Origin: Rhodosorus marinus CCMP1338
Lineage: Eukaryota; Plantae; Rhodophyta
Length of the DNA stretch: 64,000 nucleotides
Assembly (NCBI GenBank): GCA_029953675.1
Contig: JAMWBK010000010.1
Span: 434,001-498,000 of the forward strand
Direction of reading: 5' to 3'
Below the pieces are notes generated by a model, which was not told the DNA's origin, did not search any database, and was given only the letters and a program-made list of their open reading frames with translations. Within the stretch, counting starts at the first letter, position 1. Every line of letters starts with the position of its first letter. Below are positions 9,968-23,800 of the stretch, in pieces. The translations under genes were made by a program, and so were the position numbers.

Positions 9968-12959
9968 TCTTACTTTCTCAAGACCCTCAGATATTCAAGA
10001 TGTCCCTTCTTCCCTCCCGAGCACAATTTTCTCTACCTCTCCTGAGATTCTCACCTTCTTCAAACGATAACCAGAACGCCTTTCTATTCCTCTCCGTACA
10101 AAGATGCCAATGCAGACTCTTTCACAGCATGTACGGATTATATGCTCACTTCCGAACAAAAGTTGATCGGAACTCCTGCCTACACATACGCTAAAGAAGC
10201 ACGAACTTATACTGAAATGATGAACGGCAACTCTCTCCCCCACACCTTATGTAACCTAGGTGAGACTGTAATAAAAATCGCTTGTAGCCGGAAACACCGG
10301 CACGATATGAGAAACTCTTTCCAATTGCTTCCCACACAAATACGTTTCCTGCGACAAGCACTCGCCCACACACGTAAATACCTTCAAAAATTAAGCGATT
10401 TCAAAATATAAATAAGACTTCGAAATAATTTACACGTTTTTAAAAAAGTCCCAGAAAACAATTCTCCGACCAGCCACTGCCCCCCCCCCCACCCTGCGCT
10501 CCTAACTTACCCCACCCCCCCTTCCAAACCTATCCGTCCCTTCTTTTTCCAACCCTCACCTACACTTGCCACCCTCTACCCCCTCCCCCACCCCTCCAAC
10601 CTCCCCTGACTATAGCTATAATCCCAAAAGGCGAAAAGCTAACTTTTTTGATCTATACCCAATCAACGATATTTATTCTCCCCGTAAACGAGATGCGGCA
10701 AGAAACAGAAAAATCCCGGGGGTTAGACGGGTGTTTAGAAACGATAGGTAATGGGTGAGGGGGGGTACTAGCAAGAGGTCTCTAGAAAAAGCAAAAATGT
10801 CAAACCAGATTCACCTCGCTGGAGTTATAAAACAAGAAGAGCAAAAAAAAAATGAAAAGCTGCCTTCTCGCGCCCGAATTTTTCCCTGTGTCTTCTTGGA
10901 CTCTAGTCAACTCCGTCCTGGATCTATTGTTTTTTCTTTAATGATTTGGGGAAAACTCCCCACAAGAAGGTGACTCCCGGCCCAACCCCCTTCCTTTGCC
11001 TTCCAAAACATTAATCACAACGGGTTCCATAACAACTAGAATCTTGCAATACGATTTCGCTCCGAGAAAACTGGCAAGGAGCGTCTTTCCTTTGTGGACC
11101 GCCACACAGGAAAAAATAGGGTTGAATTTTTCCTCTGTTGATAATATTATTCTATTATTCTACATTGATAAGCGAATCAGGTAGACGAAATTCTTCTGCT
11201 GATACTTTTTTATATGTGAAAAGAATCAAATCGTCTCCATTCAGGGTTGTTTTTTTAGTTTTTAAGATTTGCTTGGCACGGGAAAAATACGAAAACCCAA
11301 TCCATTTCGGCATCATCCTCCGTTTTTTGTACATGCTGGAAAAACCAGGGTGCCTGTCCAAATAGACATCGAAATCGTCGACACGCACGACCATGAATCG
11401 CCAAAAGAATTTTCTACTGCCGAGGGATTTGCGTGATTTCGTATATGACGGTAGTTTTTTTACTTCTGGAGAATATTATCTCATTCCTACCATTAGGAAA
11501 GAGGGATATGGGATTTTTTTGTGATTGATTGGCGGTCTTGGAGGTAGCCGTTGACCTTTTGCATTTTGCTAGTTGAGGCGACAACACGAAAAGGGTGTTA
11601 AAAAAGTCTGCGCACGGCTACTAGGGTGAAGGTATATACCAAACGACATGCTCACCAGAGTCGGATCTCCAAGGTAAAAGATCGAGGCAAAAGAAAAGGT
11701 CGATAAGGGGGGGTTATCTCCGAGTTTGCAATAGAATAGTATAATTTAGCTGACAAATCTAGAGCCCTTGGATGACCATTGCCCTTTTCGATTTCAAGCA
11801 ACCGAGCGATCATTAAGTTCTCCCCTGTCTGACCTTTCTATTCATTTTATTTTTATTTTTTCCATTTTGGGGCTGAATTGTAGCCAACCAGACGCGTTTT
11901 TCATTAAAATATGAAAACAATTTAAGAGGTTGCCCCAAAACAAAAGAAAAAAGGCTTTGAAAACGAATCCAAGGAGACTACTCGGCATCGATTCGCTAGG
12001 TCTGGACATCAACTAACCAAGCGTTTGCTCACGACGAGATTTTACGACTTGTTAAAGATAAAACTAGAAAAAAGGGGGCGATCCTTTACTCATATACGGA
12101 TGCCATCAAATATATATATTTTAAAAAAATATCTGTTGAAATTGGTCCCCGCATGAGGCATCAACCGAGATAAGAAATATCTTCAATGCAAGCAATTTGT
12201 AGGCGATCTAGATATCAGTTCTTATATGGAAGCGAGGTTGTATCCACAAATTTCTACAGTAATATATATATGTCCGGAAAAGAGCCAATTGGCACATCTC
12301 GCTTCACCTGTTGTGCCAGGCTTTTTTACCCTTCAGGCCTTGGGGATACAAATGTTGCTGTTGCACCAGACCTGCTTTTCAACCGGAACGAATGCGCAAC
12401 TGTTTCTTGCCTTCACTAAGATATTCCTTGACAACAAACGATGCTCGATGTGACCCCCCCCCCCCGGGGAGAATTGAGAAAAACAAGTGCAAATCAAAGT
12501 TTATGGTCCACACGGAACCCCCCACCCCCAACCACTTCTGAATCATTTTTTCTTTTGTTTTCTTACGCGGGCCAGTGGATGATGAATTTCACAGTAAGAT
12601 AAGCTATTTTTTCGAATAAAAGCAATTTTGATAGCCAATTGATAACTTCTGTTTCCAGCATCTGGAATTTATTCTGTAAAACTGGTTCTGCAGGCAGTCA
12701 ACCGCACTCGCCTCAGTGGAGCGCAAACTCGCCAACTTTAGGTTTTTCTAATACGAAAAAAAAGGAAATTGACTTTTACTAGATGCTGTTGTGTTTTTAT
12801 TGGTTTAGAGGTTTCCAATGGATTTTGAAATTTATCCTTTTCGTCCCCCTTCCGCAATTCACTAGCCCTTGAATTCCTTTAGAATTTAAAGGCAATTGCT
12901 TTGCAAAAAACTTTTAACGTTTAGGAACCCGATGTTCGAGGATCGTCTCTCCTGCTCCG

Positions 12960-13195
12960 GAGTTCTTTCATGTGCGCGGGATGGTGGGGATGCGTATGCA
13001 GGGTTTCTTTAATCGGGCGAATAGCCGAAAAAAAGGGGTTTCAAAAGAGCTACCAGTGGAAGGGGCCAGTAGAGGGAGGGTTCTTGAGATCGCGATCCGA
13101 AAAACTGCCTCCTCTTTGGATGTCGAAGCTGGTTAGTTGTGGAAAGTGAATGCCCCTTCTAAATGAATATGAGTGGAACACGTTCTAAACAGACC
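12960..13195. repeat. Diverged dispersed direct repeat, copy A (partner at ~15655-15920)
   Basis: Shares TAGTTGTGGAAAGTGAATG (13134 vs 15844) and AGTGGAACACGTTCTAA, plus weaker similarity upstream. Confidence 0.75.
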
Positions 13196-14682
13196 TCCGC
13201 GATGAGGCCAGCTTCAACAACGGAACTTCTTCACGATCTCGTACGTCAGCGCGCCAGGGTCCTGTGATACTTGCAAACTTCGCCTCCAAGAAAACGCGTT
13301 TCTTCAGTGAGTTTTTCTTCACCTGTTGTTCCATTTTGTGCGCGGCGCTCATGTGTGTACTACGTGCGGCTCTCGCAAAATAAAACGAGATGGTCGTCTG
13401 GGCAAAGAAAAGCCGTGGGACATCACAAAGCCTGGCACGGTGCTGGACGGGCGATGTTTGAGACTAGCCATTTCTTGTCTCTGGTGATGCCCGATTATTC
13501 ATATGATAATTATAATATCAAATAAATACATAATATATATAATATAGTTGTAATAATTATCACTACCATCGTTTTCCTTGATCTTCCTAAATATATTTTC
13601 TTGGAATGTAAGTGACTGTGTGGGGTGACCTGAACGAGGTGGCTTCAGCTCTCTTGTTCGCCGCGTTCAAAAATTAGGTTGGGGTTTGGAGGGTATCTCC
13701 AATTTTACTACAAGCGAACAATTTTGAAAAACTTTTGTTTTCTACGAATAAATTATTAGCTACTCCTTCTTGTTGCTTTTTTTTTTTACTAGGGGGGGGT
13801 GGTGAGGACCATTTTTGGAGGTTTTTTTTTTCAAAAGTATCATGAGGAGGGTGAGAGGATACTATGAAATCGGAGTCTTTTGGGGCCGTTTGGTAAAAAA
13901 AGGAAGATGGAAATTTACAACCTTCGTTTACCACTTGATTTTGGCGTGCTTAATGTAGCTCGAATATGATAGGACAACGCTGGGACGATCACAAAACCTT
14001 GCGTTTTGGAAACTTGAGAGTTGTGTGGAGTGACCCCGAGACGGCCTCCCGGGGGTGGGGGGGGGAGGGGGAATTTCACTTTGTATATTGAACTATTTTT
14101 GTGCAAAATTGTGCAGAAAAGTGGTCGTGGAGCTTTCGGGCACGGAGAAGGGTGGGGAGGGGAAGGGAGGGGCTAAGCGTATGGCTGGAAATTGGTGTAA
14201 ACGACGGGGAGGTGGTTGGCTCTCGCGATGGGAAGAAAGCAGGGTTTCTTTTACTGGAAAACGGTCACACGCTTTTGTTTTTCGAATGATTTTGAATCGT
14301 CTGGAAGCGAATTCAAAACGTTGGGGACCGAAAATCGCGTCGTAGCGATAAGCTGCTAGGGGGAGGAAGGGGGAGGGGGAAGGCTGTGGCCAATGGGTTT
14401 TATGTACCATCTCATCATCGTCATCATGCGCTTAATCAGTTGGCCTGTCGAGTTGGTTAAGTCTCACAGGTATTTTATTTCTTGCTTTTGGGTCCCCGAT
14501 TCTTTTCAGCTCTGATGCGATGTCGGTTGCCATTTCATTCATCGTTCCTGCGAAGACTATGTCCAATTTCAGTTGTTTCTCGTTCGGGACGCGAATTTCT
14601 TATAGAACGTATTCCACTTAGAGCTAGCTGGTGGATACCTACAATTGAATTTCCCCTGTTTCTCCCTGCTTGTTCTTGTATT

Positions 14683-14835
14683 GGGCCATGTTTCGGTCGT
14701 GCTCAGAGCATATTTGATTGACAGGTCTGTGATCAAAAACGCGCCCCCCGTTCTCCGCTTCTCGTAGCGGGCCATGTTTCGGTCGAGCTCAAAGCATGTT
14801 TGATCGACAGCTCTAGTGATCAAAAACGCGCCTCC
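14683..14835. repeat. Tandem duplication, period 86 bp
   Basis: GGGCCATGTTTCGGTCG...GTGATCAAAAACGCGCC begins at 14683 and again at 14769. Confidence 0.9.
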
Positions 14836-15654
14836 TGCAAGGAACACGCAGTCCGCTGTCGAGGAGCCATCGCCGGCCTGTTTTTGCAAGGCCCAAGTCC
14901 AAAAATACTATTAGACAGCGGTAATAATTTCCGCATGTTGTCATGATCGGGGCAAGACCCTGCTAGTTGAGAGGATACTGGGATCAATGTTCTGATCTCA
15001 TCGAGTTTTATTGGCCGTTGTCCGACTTTCAAATCGCTACGACTTAAAATAGTCATTATTCAGACGAAGGAACGGCTCAACCCCTTTTGGAAAAAGCTCC
15101 CTACCTTCCACATACGCAGTGCGTGTTCTTCTGGAACGCGGTCCTTGCTGTCATACCCAAGCCACCGAGGAGAAGTCGTGCTAGGTCCAAGCTCACCCGA
15201 GGTACACGAAGGCACTGTAAAGGAGCCACCGTCAACTTGCTTTGCAAGGTCCAACAAAAGACGTGAGATTCAGCGTTTCGTTCTTGCGTTCGCCGCACTA
15301 CGCGGCTCTCTCCATAGAAGAAAAATTTTCGCTAGGAGGATTGGAAGGGATGGCGAGTTCTGGGGAGCATTCGCCTCAAGTGACAAGGGCGGGGACAGAA
15401 ATTTGGACTTCGCCAAGCAGATCAATACAACCGTTGGAAAGCGTTCACAGCAACAACGCTACAAAAAAAGGCAAGAATTTGACCGCTAAAAATGCAGAAC
15501 GAGAAGTGGAGGGGCGACCAAAAACAAATTCTTGATAATTTGGCGTAATGCTGGCGGGGAGAGCGAACCATATCCCGCTCTCTCATCAGTCTCGACTTGC
15601 TTTCCGAAGAACGTTTTGCGCGTGCGCTGTCCGAGTATGGCCTGTTTTTGGTGT

Positions 15655-15920
15655 GGCTTCTTTCTGCATGAATGTGTTTGCGGGATGTATGTATGCGGAG
15701 TTTACTTGGATCGGGCTCTTACTATGAGCGCATAACTTAAAAAAGGCAGGGTTTCGAAATAGTTTGGTAACCCTGTGATTACAGTAGAGGTGGGGTTCTT
15801 CACTTTGCGAACCAAAACCTCTTGTTTGGATGCCGTCGCCAGCTAGTTGTGGAAAGTGAATGGCCCTTCTATACGAATCTAAAGTGGAAATCTTAAGTGG
15901 AACACGTTCTAAGCAGATGA
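15655..15920. repeat. Diverged dispersed direct repeat, copy B (partner at ~12960-13195)
   Basis: Same blocks as copy A, offset by about 2.71 kb. Confidence 0.75.
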
Positions 15921-16957
15921 ACGAGCTTTCAAATGCACTGCGACTGTCAACTAGCCGCTATTTCAGCGGGGTGGCCTCTTTCCGTGTGCCCTATGCTGTT
16001 CCTCTCCAAAGCAAGCACCCAGTTCAACGCAAATGAAGAAATTCAGGGCAAGGGATTCAATAATAGCAGTTTAGTCCCTTGGAGCAGCGCTCTAGATTCC
16101 GTGGCAGAAATGGCGCCTTCTGACTGTTTCCATTTTGGGTGTTTCTGTTCGCGACTAAAAGCACTGCGGAAGAGGTCGTCGGTGACGAGCTCAAGTGTCG
16201 GTTTTGGAGACTGTATCTCAACTAATGAGGCACACAATGTATCTCAAGAACTAGCTCAAAGTATTTCGAAGGTTCAATGACTAGTTCAAACCTCGCACGA
16301 CAGAGTCTGAGAGAACGAGAGCGGGCTTCGCTCTGGGCAATGCCAGTTTGGATGAGACTGACAGCGTTTGAAGCGAGATGATAGCACCAGCGCATCCAGG
16401 CGATTGGAAGATTTTTGCCGGAAGGTGCTCGGAGAAACTGTTCATGCGCTTTGATTCATTGTCGAATCACGCGGAATAGCGAAGGGATCGCAGCGTTCTT
16501 GTTCTAAGTCTTGCACTTGCTAGGTTCCAGTTAAGGATTGAGCTACGACCGATACTCTTATGAAATGAATCGGCTGGTCGTGAACGACCTTCTACGGTAC
16601 TGGAGCTCTGAGCGATTGTTCATCGTTATCAGAGGGAAGGCCTCGGATGAATAAGGTCCGACAGCGAATTTTCGGGCAATCATCTTGCCCAAGGTCCACC
16701 ACTCATACCGAAGCTTTTGGTTTGATGTTGACGAAAGTCAATAATACAGGAGGCAGATGTTGTGTCCAAAAAATTCCCGTGCATGGCTGCATTGAACCGT
16801 GCACTTAGTTCATCCCTCCTCGCACACCATTCCAAGACGGCCAGAAGGAGTTCAATTCCTGGAAATCTTTATTAATCATCTGTCAAACTTTTGCTATGTT
16901 CAGTTAAGCTCGCTCCGCAACCCTTCTTCCTGCCAAGGACAAGCAGGCGTCCGCATC

Positions 16958-17809
16958 TCAACTCAGGGTGTGTTTCGCAGCCGGAAGAAATGCCCCTGGT
17001 CCACGTGCAGTGCAGTAATCATCCGCAGGCATGACAAGCATAGAAAAAGGTACTGCAGGATATAACATCAACCCGTCCACGAGCACAGGGTTCTCACGGG
17101 GCCTGTACAAGGTGTGGTCCAAATCATGTTCACATACAATACCGTGCTCATTCAATCTGTATGTGGACATGCCGTCGAACACAACATCTGTGCTTTCCAT
17201 TGCCTAAGGAAGAAGATGGCAGTAAACCAGCTTAGATTTGGAGCTGCGAAAACATCCTATGGAGGAAGCAAATTATGGCGAGAGTTCTTACCACATCCGG
17301 CATGCGGAATTTTCCTGATACTCTCCATCGTATTCGAATCTCCAGAAGATCATCGATGAAGTACAAGCTTGTAACATCCATCTTCAGCTTTCTGAAAAGA
17401 AGATGGCCGTGAAACCTGTGTTACAAAGGCCGAAAAAGCTCAGCATGGGCGCCATGTTTGCCTTCGATTAAGGCCTCTTCGAAATTATTTACCTCAACAG
17501 CCAAAAGCACGTACTGTACGTGTCTTTTCCTTGCAACTTGAAGTTGTTCCCATCCCTCAGGATCACGTTGTCGGTGTATATATCAAGCGCTGGTGGTCGA
17601 TCAAAGATGTACAAGTAATCCTCCTCCAAAGTCTGCTTCACGTGTCCAACATTCGCATGAAAATCCCTCTCCAGTACCCCACTAGCAGGATCAACACGGT
17701 CACGGTCTAGCCTCATACACACCCTTCCAGGCTTGAACGGCCTCCGCTCAGACACCGCTCCATTCCTAAACCGCTTGAAACTTCCCGTAGACGACCCCAC
17801 AAACCCCAT
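16958..17809 (-). CDS. Plastid-targeted DUF2358 (SnoaL-like) protein, 3 exons
   Basis: MGFVG transit peptide; spliced product contains DIYTDNVILRDG, IRIRWRVSG and VFDGMSTYRLNEHGIVCEHDLDH. Confidence 0.8.
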
Positions 17810-20552
17810 TCTAACTACAATCCAGTACTCTTATCACATTACCCTCACCGCCCCGCCAAAACCCTCCCCAAGAACATCCTCGAGCAACATCACAAACACC
17901 ACCTCCTTCACCACTCCCCTCCTCCTCACTCTCCTATCGCTTACCTCCGCCTCAGAGTCAAAGTCACGTTTTATAGATATACTCCGATCCTCATTGTATT
18001 TTGCCAAACATCCCCCCCCCAACCCCACCCACCCAAAACCTCCACAATCTCGAACCATTCCCATCATCCAAAGAAACCTACTCCCAAACGCCCTCTTACA
18101 ACCGCCTCTGGAAATCAACCGCCTCCCGTAAAATCAGACGCTTCCACATTAAGAACCAAACACAAGAGATCTTCCGCCTCGCCGCCAGGATAAAGGGGTA
18201 CCCAAATCAAGGCCGTTCATGAAATATCTCGCATGTTGTTTCCAATGCATCTATAGGATTGGTCAGATTCTTGGACACACTGTCCTTTTGTATTTTTTTT
18301 GGATGAATTCATTTTCATGTACCTAATTATTCTTAGATTAGAAGACAAGGTTAATTTGGGTAGATATTTGACTAAATTTGGAACGCGGTTTATGGAAAGG
18401 ATTTGTACGGTTTTTCGTATATTTTGTGTACAGTAGTGATTTAACGCTGGGTGTTTGGCGTACTCCCTTTTTGGGGGGGTGAGCCTAACATCTTCCCAAC
18501 GACGCCAGATAGGAGTTCTTCGGAAAGAAGGAAAGGGGAAGTACGGCTCTCTACACTGACTGCAGCGGACTTCATCCGGTGAAGCGGAGCTCGCGCTACT
18601 TTTTACTGAAGATAGATGAACTGTTTGAACGTTTGAACGTCTGGGCGCAGTCAATGTGTTTCATTGAGTGGGATATCAAAATGTGGGTATCATCAGATTG
18701 GAGCAGAGGTCCCAAGACAGTTAGGGGCTACCCTTAACTGTGACTGCTTCACGGCTTCGCACTGGATTGTCTGTTCTGGATGGGTAGGATAACTCGAGCT
18801 GGACGATGCCGCTGGCTCCGTTAACTTCCTCGACTGCCGGCATCCCCCAATCCTCTGACGCATCGACGAGGACACGGTTGCACGTGGCGATGAAATTTGG
18901 TGAGACAATAGTAGAAGAGCTTGAGCTTACACGAAGTACTCTGGCGTATTCGTGCTAGCTCTCTAGGCCTTGACCGTCCTTCCTCTTTCTCTTCTCAGTC
19001 AACGCTCCTCTGACTTGGAGGACGTCAAGTCTGACAAGAAAGTCATCCACATTCACGAAAGGGCTTGGAAAACGTATAAAGGAAGAAGCTCATTATTCTC
19101 ATTTATAGAAGCTTCGTGAGCAGTCCAGTACGCGGTCGCTACGGTTCCCTCCAGTCAGCCGCACTGTAGGATTCGACTTTGGAAACGATCGCCAAACAAG
19201 GCACTATGATCAGTCCCGGCTCAACGCAAAAAGGCGCAGAAAGCGATGCGAGCTACACCTTTTTGTTGTAGTGTGTCCAGACGATGAAGCAGCTAGTCAC
19301 GTCCTATCGTATGCGCTCTGAAAGAGACCTAAAATCCCTTCCCTGTCCATGCAACTGGACTTCCCTGTCCCGGGCACAAGACGAATGCAATTCCAAAGAC
19401 CGACTACCAAAACGAGCACTCGATCTCACACATACTGAGATAGATATGTCCAGTCTGGGACATGGGACAAGAGTGTGGGACATTCTTCCAACAAGCATCT
19501 GGCCATGTGGCCGTTCTCAATTTGCCAGATCCAAGCTTCCCAACCCGGTCGAAAATAAATGCAAAAGTGAGCAAATCAAGATGAAGTTGATTGATTTTCT
19601 TCTTATAACGGATGCATGTCGAATCCGAAATCTTCTTAGACACTAATCTACCCCGGGGTTTCAAAAAGTAAACAACGCTTGTGTTTGTTCAAATAAATGG
19701 TAAATACAGATTGGAAATCGATGATCAAGGGGTAAAATCTGTACAAATTCGAGTCTGCCTGCCTTGCAAATACTTATGGTTGTCCTGATCCTCTGGAGAT
19801 CCGCAAATAATACGGAAGCAATGATTTGTACGGGGGGCTTCCGGAACAAAAAAAGGAGGTAATTTATTTCTAGGGGTTGAAGCCAAGTCTTCGCACAGTT
19901 CCTATAGTCGACTAATCAAATTTTTTGGAGTATTTGTAACTATTTCCTTCAAAGGCTCAACTCACATGGTGGGTTCGTTCCCGGCACCAGCATGACTTCG
20001 GTGTCCGATATTACAGGGGGTACGTGCTGACAAAGCAAATCTCCATGCCCGAAATTGATTGACCCACCCTTTTTCGAGGACCCTATTAGTACAGTCCACG
20101 ATTGCGCCACCCAGCCTCTACGAGGCCAAAATACAGAAAATCCATTAAAACATTTCTCACGATCCCATGCAATCAGAGGGGTAGCTTTCTTCCAACATTA
20201 AAGGCAGTTTGAATTTCTCCGTTTGAAAAAAAAAAAGGAGGCCCCTTTTTTCCTTACCATTAGCTCAGGTTTTCCGAACAAGGAAAACAAATTAAAAAAT
20301 ACACACCGCATTAGCTGGCTCAAAAACACCCCCCAAAGGCCAATGTTCTCAAGGAGATTTGTTTTATGATATAATTTCATAACTATGCATTTTTTTATAT
20401 GATTGGGCTATTTTGGACACTGTGCCCTTCCATTTTAAAATTTTGTTATGTGGAAAGTCTTTTCTAAAAAGCGGGAAAAATGAGGACATCGGTCTCTTGT
20501 CAGAAAAAACTAGAAATTTTGGAAAATAAAATTTACTTCGGGCGGGAGTGGG

Positions 20553-20580
20553 TGAGAGAGAGAGAGAGAGCGAGAGAGAG
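20553..20580. repeat. (GA)n microsatellite in the G-rich leader of the H+-PPase gene
   Basis: Read directly. Confidence 0.85.
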
Positions 20581-20889
20581 AAGGGGGTTGAGGGGAGATC
20601 TTAAGTTAAAGAGGAGAGAGAAGAGAGGGATTGGTGAGTGGCAAGAATTTTTGAGAAAGGGGGTGAGGGTAGAGAGGTTGTGTATGGTTTGTTTATGGAG
20701 GAGTGAGGTGGTGGGGTGGGAAAGAGGGAGGTGTGTTTAGCACCAGGAGGGGTTGCTTCCATTTTTGTTTTTGGATGTGATTTCGGCCCGCAGGGTGCTT
20801 GGGAGGAGACCTGAAGAGAAGCTCCGCTGGAGGCGGAGCTCATTTTTTCGTGGAGAGGAGGGTTGTGAAGGGTTCAGGATTTTGGGATC

Positions 20890-23800
20890 ATGAACGGCGA
20901 GGAGGGTGTGGTGAATGGTGGTCAGGTTCCCACGACCAATGGGAGGGTAAGTTTCAAGGGGAGACGAGATCTGGTTTCAGAGGGTTTGCTGTGTCTGACT
21001 GAGTAGGTTCCCTTTTTATTTTCTTGTGTTGGTAGGTGGTGAAGCCGCCCCTGATCGGGAGAGATGACAAGGATACCACCGCTTACAAGTATGATTTGGC
21101 ACCGGCGGATTTTCCACCTCCGCCGGAGCATGATGAAGCGGACTTTGAGGTTACCGTCCCGCCAGAGGATATAGGTGACAGTGCACATTATAGTATGTGG
21201 GTTTTTCTTTCGATGGTGTTTTTTTTCATCGCTTTCGTGGTCCTGTTAGTCTTGTCCGCGTTGGCTTGCAATACGCTTGACTGGTGTCAGCGTATAGACT
21301 ATAGTACGACTACACCTCTGTACGAGTTCCAGACGTTTCCATTCGTCAGTGAGTTGGGGCCCAAAATTGCTGTCTTGGCAGTAGCCCTCAGGGGCGATCC
21401 TCTCGGTATCGTTGTATAAAAACGAATGAGGTTTTACTCATTCGAAGTTTTCTTTCCCATCTCCGATCAGTTCCCACCGAGTGGATCCTCGGTGCCATGA
21501 CGGTTGGTGTTTTCGGGCTCTTCGTTGTCTCGTACTATGCATTGACGGTGATCAGTAGAGACTGTGGTACACCTCGAATGATTCAAATCGCGACGTATAT
21601 CAGGCAAGGATCTGAGAAATTCTTGGTCACTGAGTACACGTACCTGTTCGGCGCTGTTGCTGCGATTACGATCATTCTAGTTTTCATCAACACAGTCGAT
21701 GGAGTTGTCGAGTGGCGACTAGGAGTTTGCTATCTGATCGGAGCACTGCTGTCGGGAATTACGGGGTAAGTAGCGCTGCATGCAACCGAAAGTGCCTTGG
21801 CATGAAGTCTGACCCTTTCTTGATCCACTATTCCTCCTTCAGATACATTGGAATGTCAATCGCAACGCGAGGGAATGTGCGCACTACCGCAGCCTCTGAG
21901 CAGGGGCTATCTCTGGGGTTGAATGTTGCCTTCAGGAGTGGTGCTGTCATGGGACTGTCCGTTGTTTCTATTGGGCTCACGGGCCTTGGACTTTGCTATC
22001 TCGCGTTTGGAGATGTGCGAGCCCTAGCTGGATTCTCGGCCGGGGCCTCAACGATCGCGCTTTTTGCTCGTGTCGGAGGCGGTATTTACACGAAGGCAGC
22101 TGATGTGGGAGCTGATCTTGTAGGAAAGGTGGAAGCGTCCATTCCTGAGGATGATCCCAGAAATCCAGCCACTATTGCAGACAACGTTGGTGATAATGTC
22201 GGAGACGTCGCCGGAATGGGTGCAGATCTCTTTGAATCGTTTGTGGGCTCAATCATCGCCACCGCAATTCTTGGGGCTACGTTGCCATATTTCTACGAAA
22301 ACCCGTTCGCGATGTGTGTCTATCAGCATCTGAACATCGATCTCGCGTGCGGGTCCTCTGATCCACCGTTTAACACGTCGTTTGCGAACAGCATCTGCTC
22401 GACTGATGATTTTTACCTCAACTACCCATCTTTGGGCCGACTTGAGGGCCAGGGTTTGTTCATCCTGTTGCCGTTCGCGTTGGCAATGGTTGGAGTAGCC
22501 GCGAGCGCTTTGTGCACACAGAAGATCTTCTATTTTGGCGGTGAGGTCAAGGACAAAGCGAAGACGATGTCCAAGCTGCTTCAAGCCTTGAACATCAGCA
22601 TCTTCCTGGCAAGCTTCCTTATTTTCTGTGCTGCGTTTGGATTGACTTTCGGATTGTTCGGCGGCCCATCTGCATTCCTGGACAATTCAGGTTTTGGGTT
22701 TTCGAGCCTGCCGTATTATGCCATCCAGACGGGAGACAATATGTGTGAGCCGCGACTGGACAATCCCGATCTGCCGCTCGGGAGCTTCAGGATAGGATAC
22801 TACAGACCTACAGACGCCATCGGATTCCTCTTCCCGGTTCCGCTTGGAGTTTGGGCTAGATTGTTCGGTTGTATCGTAATTGGTCTGCTTCTCGGCATCT
22901 TCATTGGGGAAATTACCCAGTTTTTCACTTCCGGAAACAGCACGCCCACTCAGGGAATCGCTGCTTCTGGAGAGTACGGTGCTGGAGCGGTTGTTATTCA
23001 AGGACTTGGCGTTGGTATGGCTTCTGCTGTGCTCCCACTATTCCTTGTGTTCGGGTCTATTTTAGGCACGTACGCGTTGTTCAGTTCCTACGGAATTGGT
23101 CTAGCTGCTGTGGGTATGCTGAGCTCGTTGGGTATCACGATGGCAACAGATGCGTATGGACCAGTTGCAGATAACGCTGGAGGTATTGCAGAGATGGCGG
23201 AACTTCCGCCGCATGTTCGTGATACAACTGACGCCTTGGATGCGTTAGGAAATACGACTGCAGCCATTGGGAAGGGTTTCTCAAACGGTTCTGCCGTGCT
23301 TACTGCTTATGCGCTGCTGACTGCACTGATTCAGGATTCAGGCCTTATGCCTGGGCCGGTTTCGCTAGTGGCAGACCCACCAGGTTCGGAACCCGAGAAT
23401 TTCGTCTACTTTACGGACCCGATAAGTCTAGACGACGTGTATGTTATCACCAGTCTGTTGTTGGGAATTATGCTTCCTTTCCTGTTCGGAGCGCTTACCA
23501 TGCTGGCCGTGTCAAGTGCTGCCGAGGCCATGATTGTAGAAGTGAGAAGACAATTCCGCGAGGTTAAGGGTCTTCGAGAGGGTAAACCGGGGGTGAGACC
23601 TGAGCACGAAAAGTGCATCGCTATCTCAACCCAGTCTGCGCTGTGGGAAATGGTGTTACCAGGAATTATTGCAATCATGTCACCGCTCATCATCGGTTTC
23701 GGTTTCGGCCAGAGGGCACTTGTCGGCTTGCTTCTGGGGGCTATTGGATCTGGCTACATGCTAGGAATTATGATGTCGAATGCTGGTGGTGCTTGGGACA

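Noticed and set aside
18217-19560. Several 60-145-aa ORFs between DUF2358 and the H+-PPase
   Set aside because: No recognisable motif and no consistent exon chain could be built.
19960-19995. GGGTTCGTTCCC T-arm-like motif
   Set aside because: No cloverleaf in the upstream sequence.
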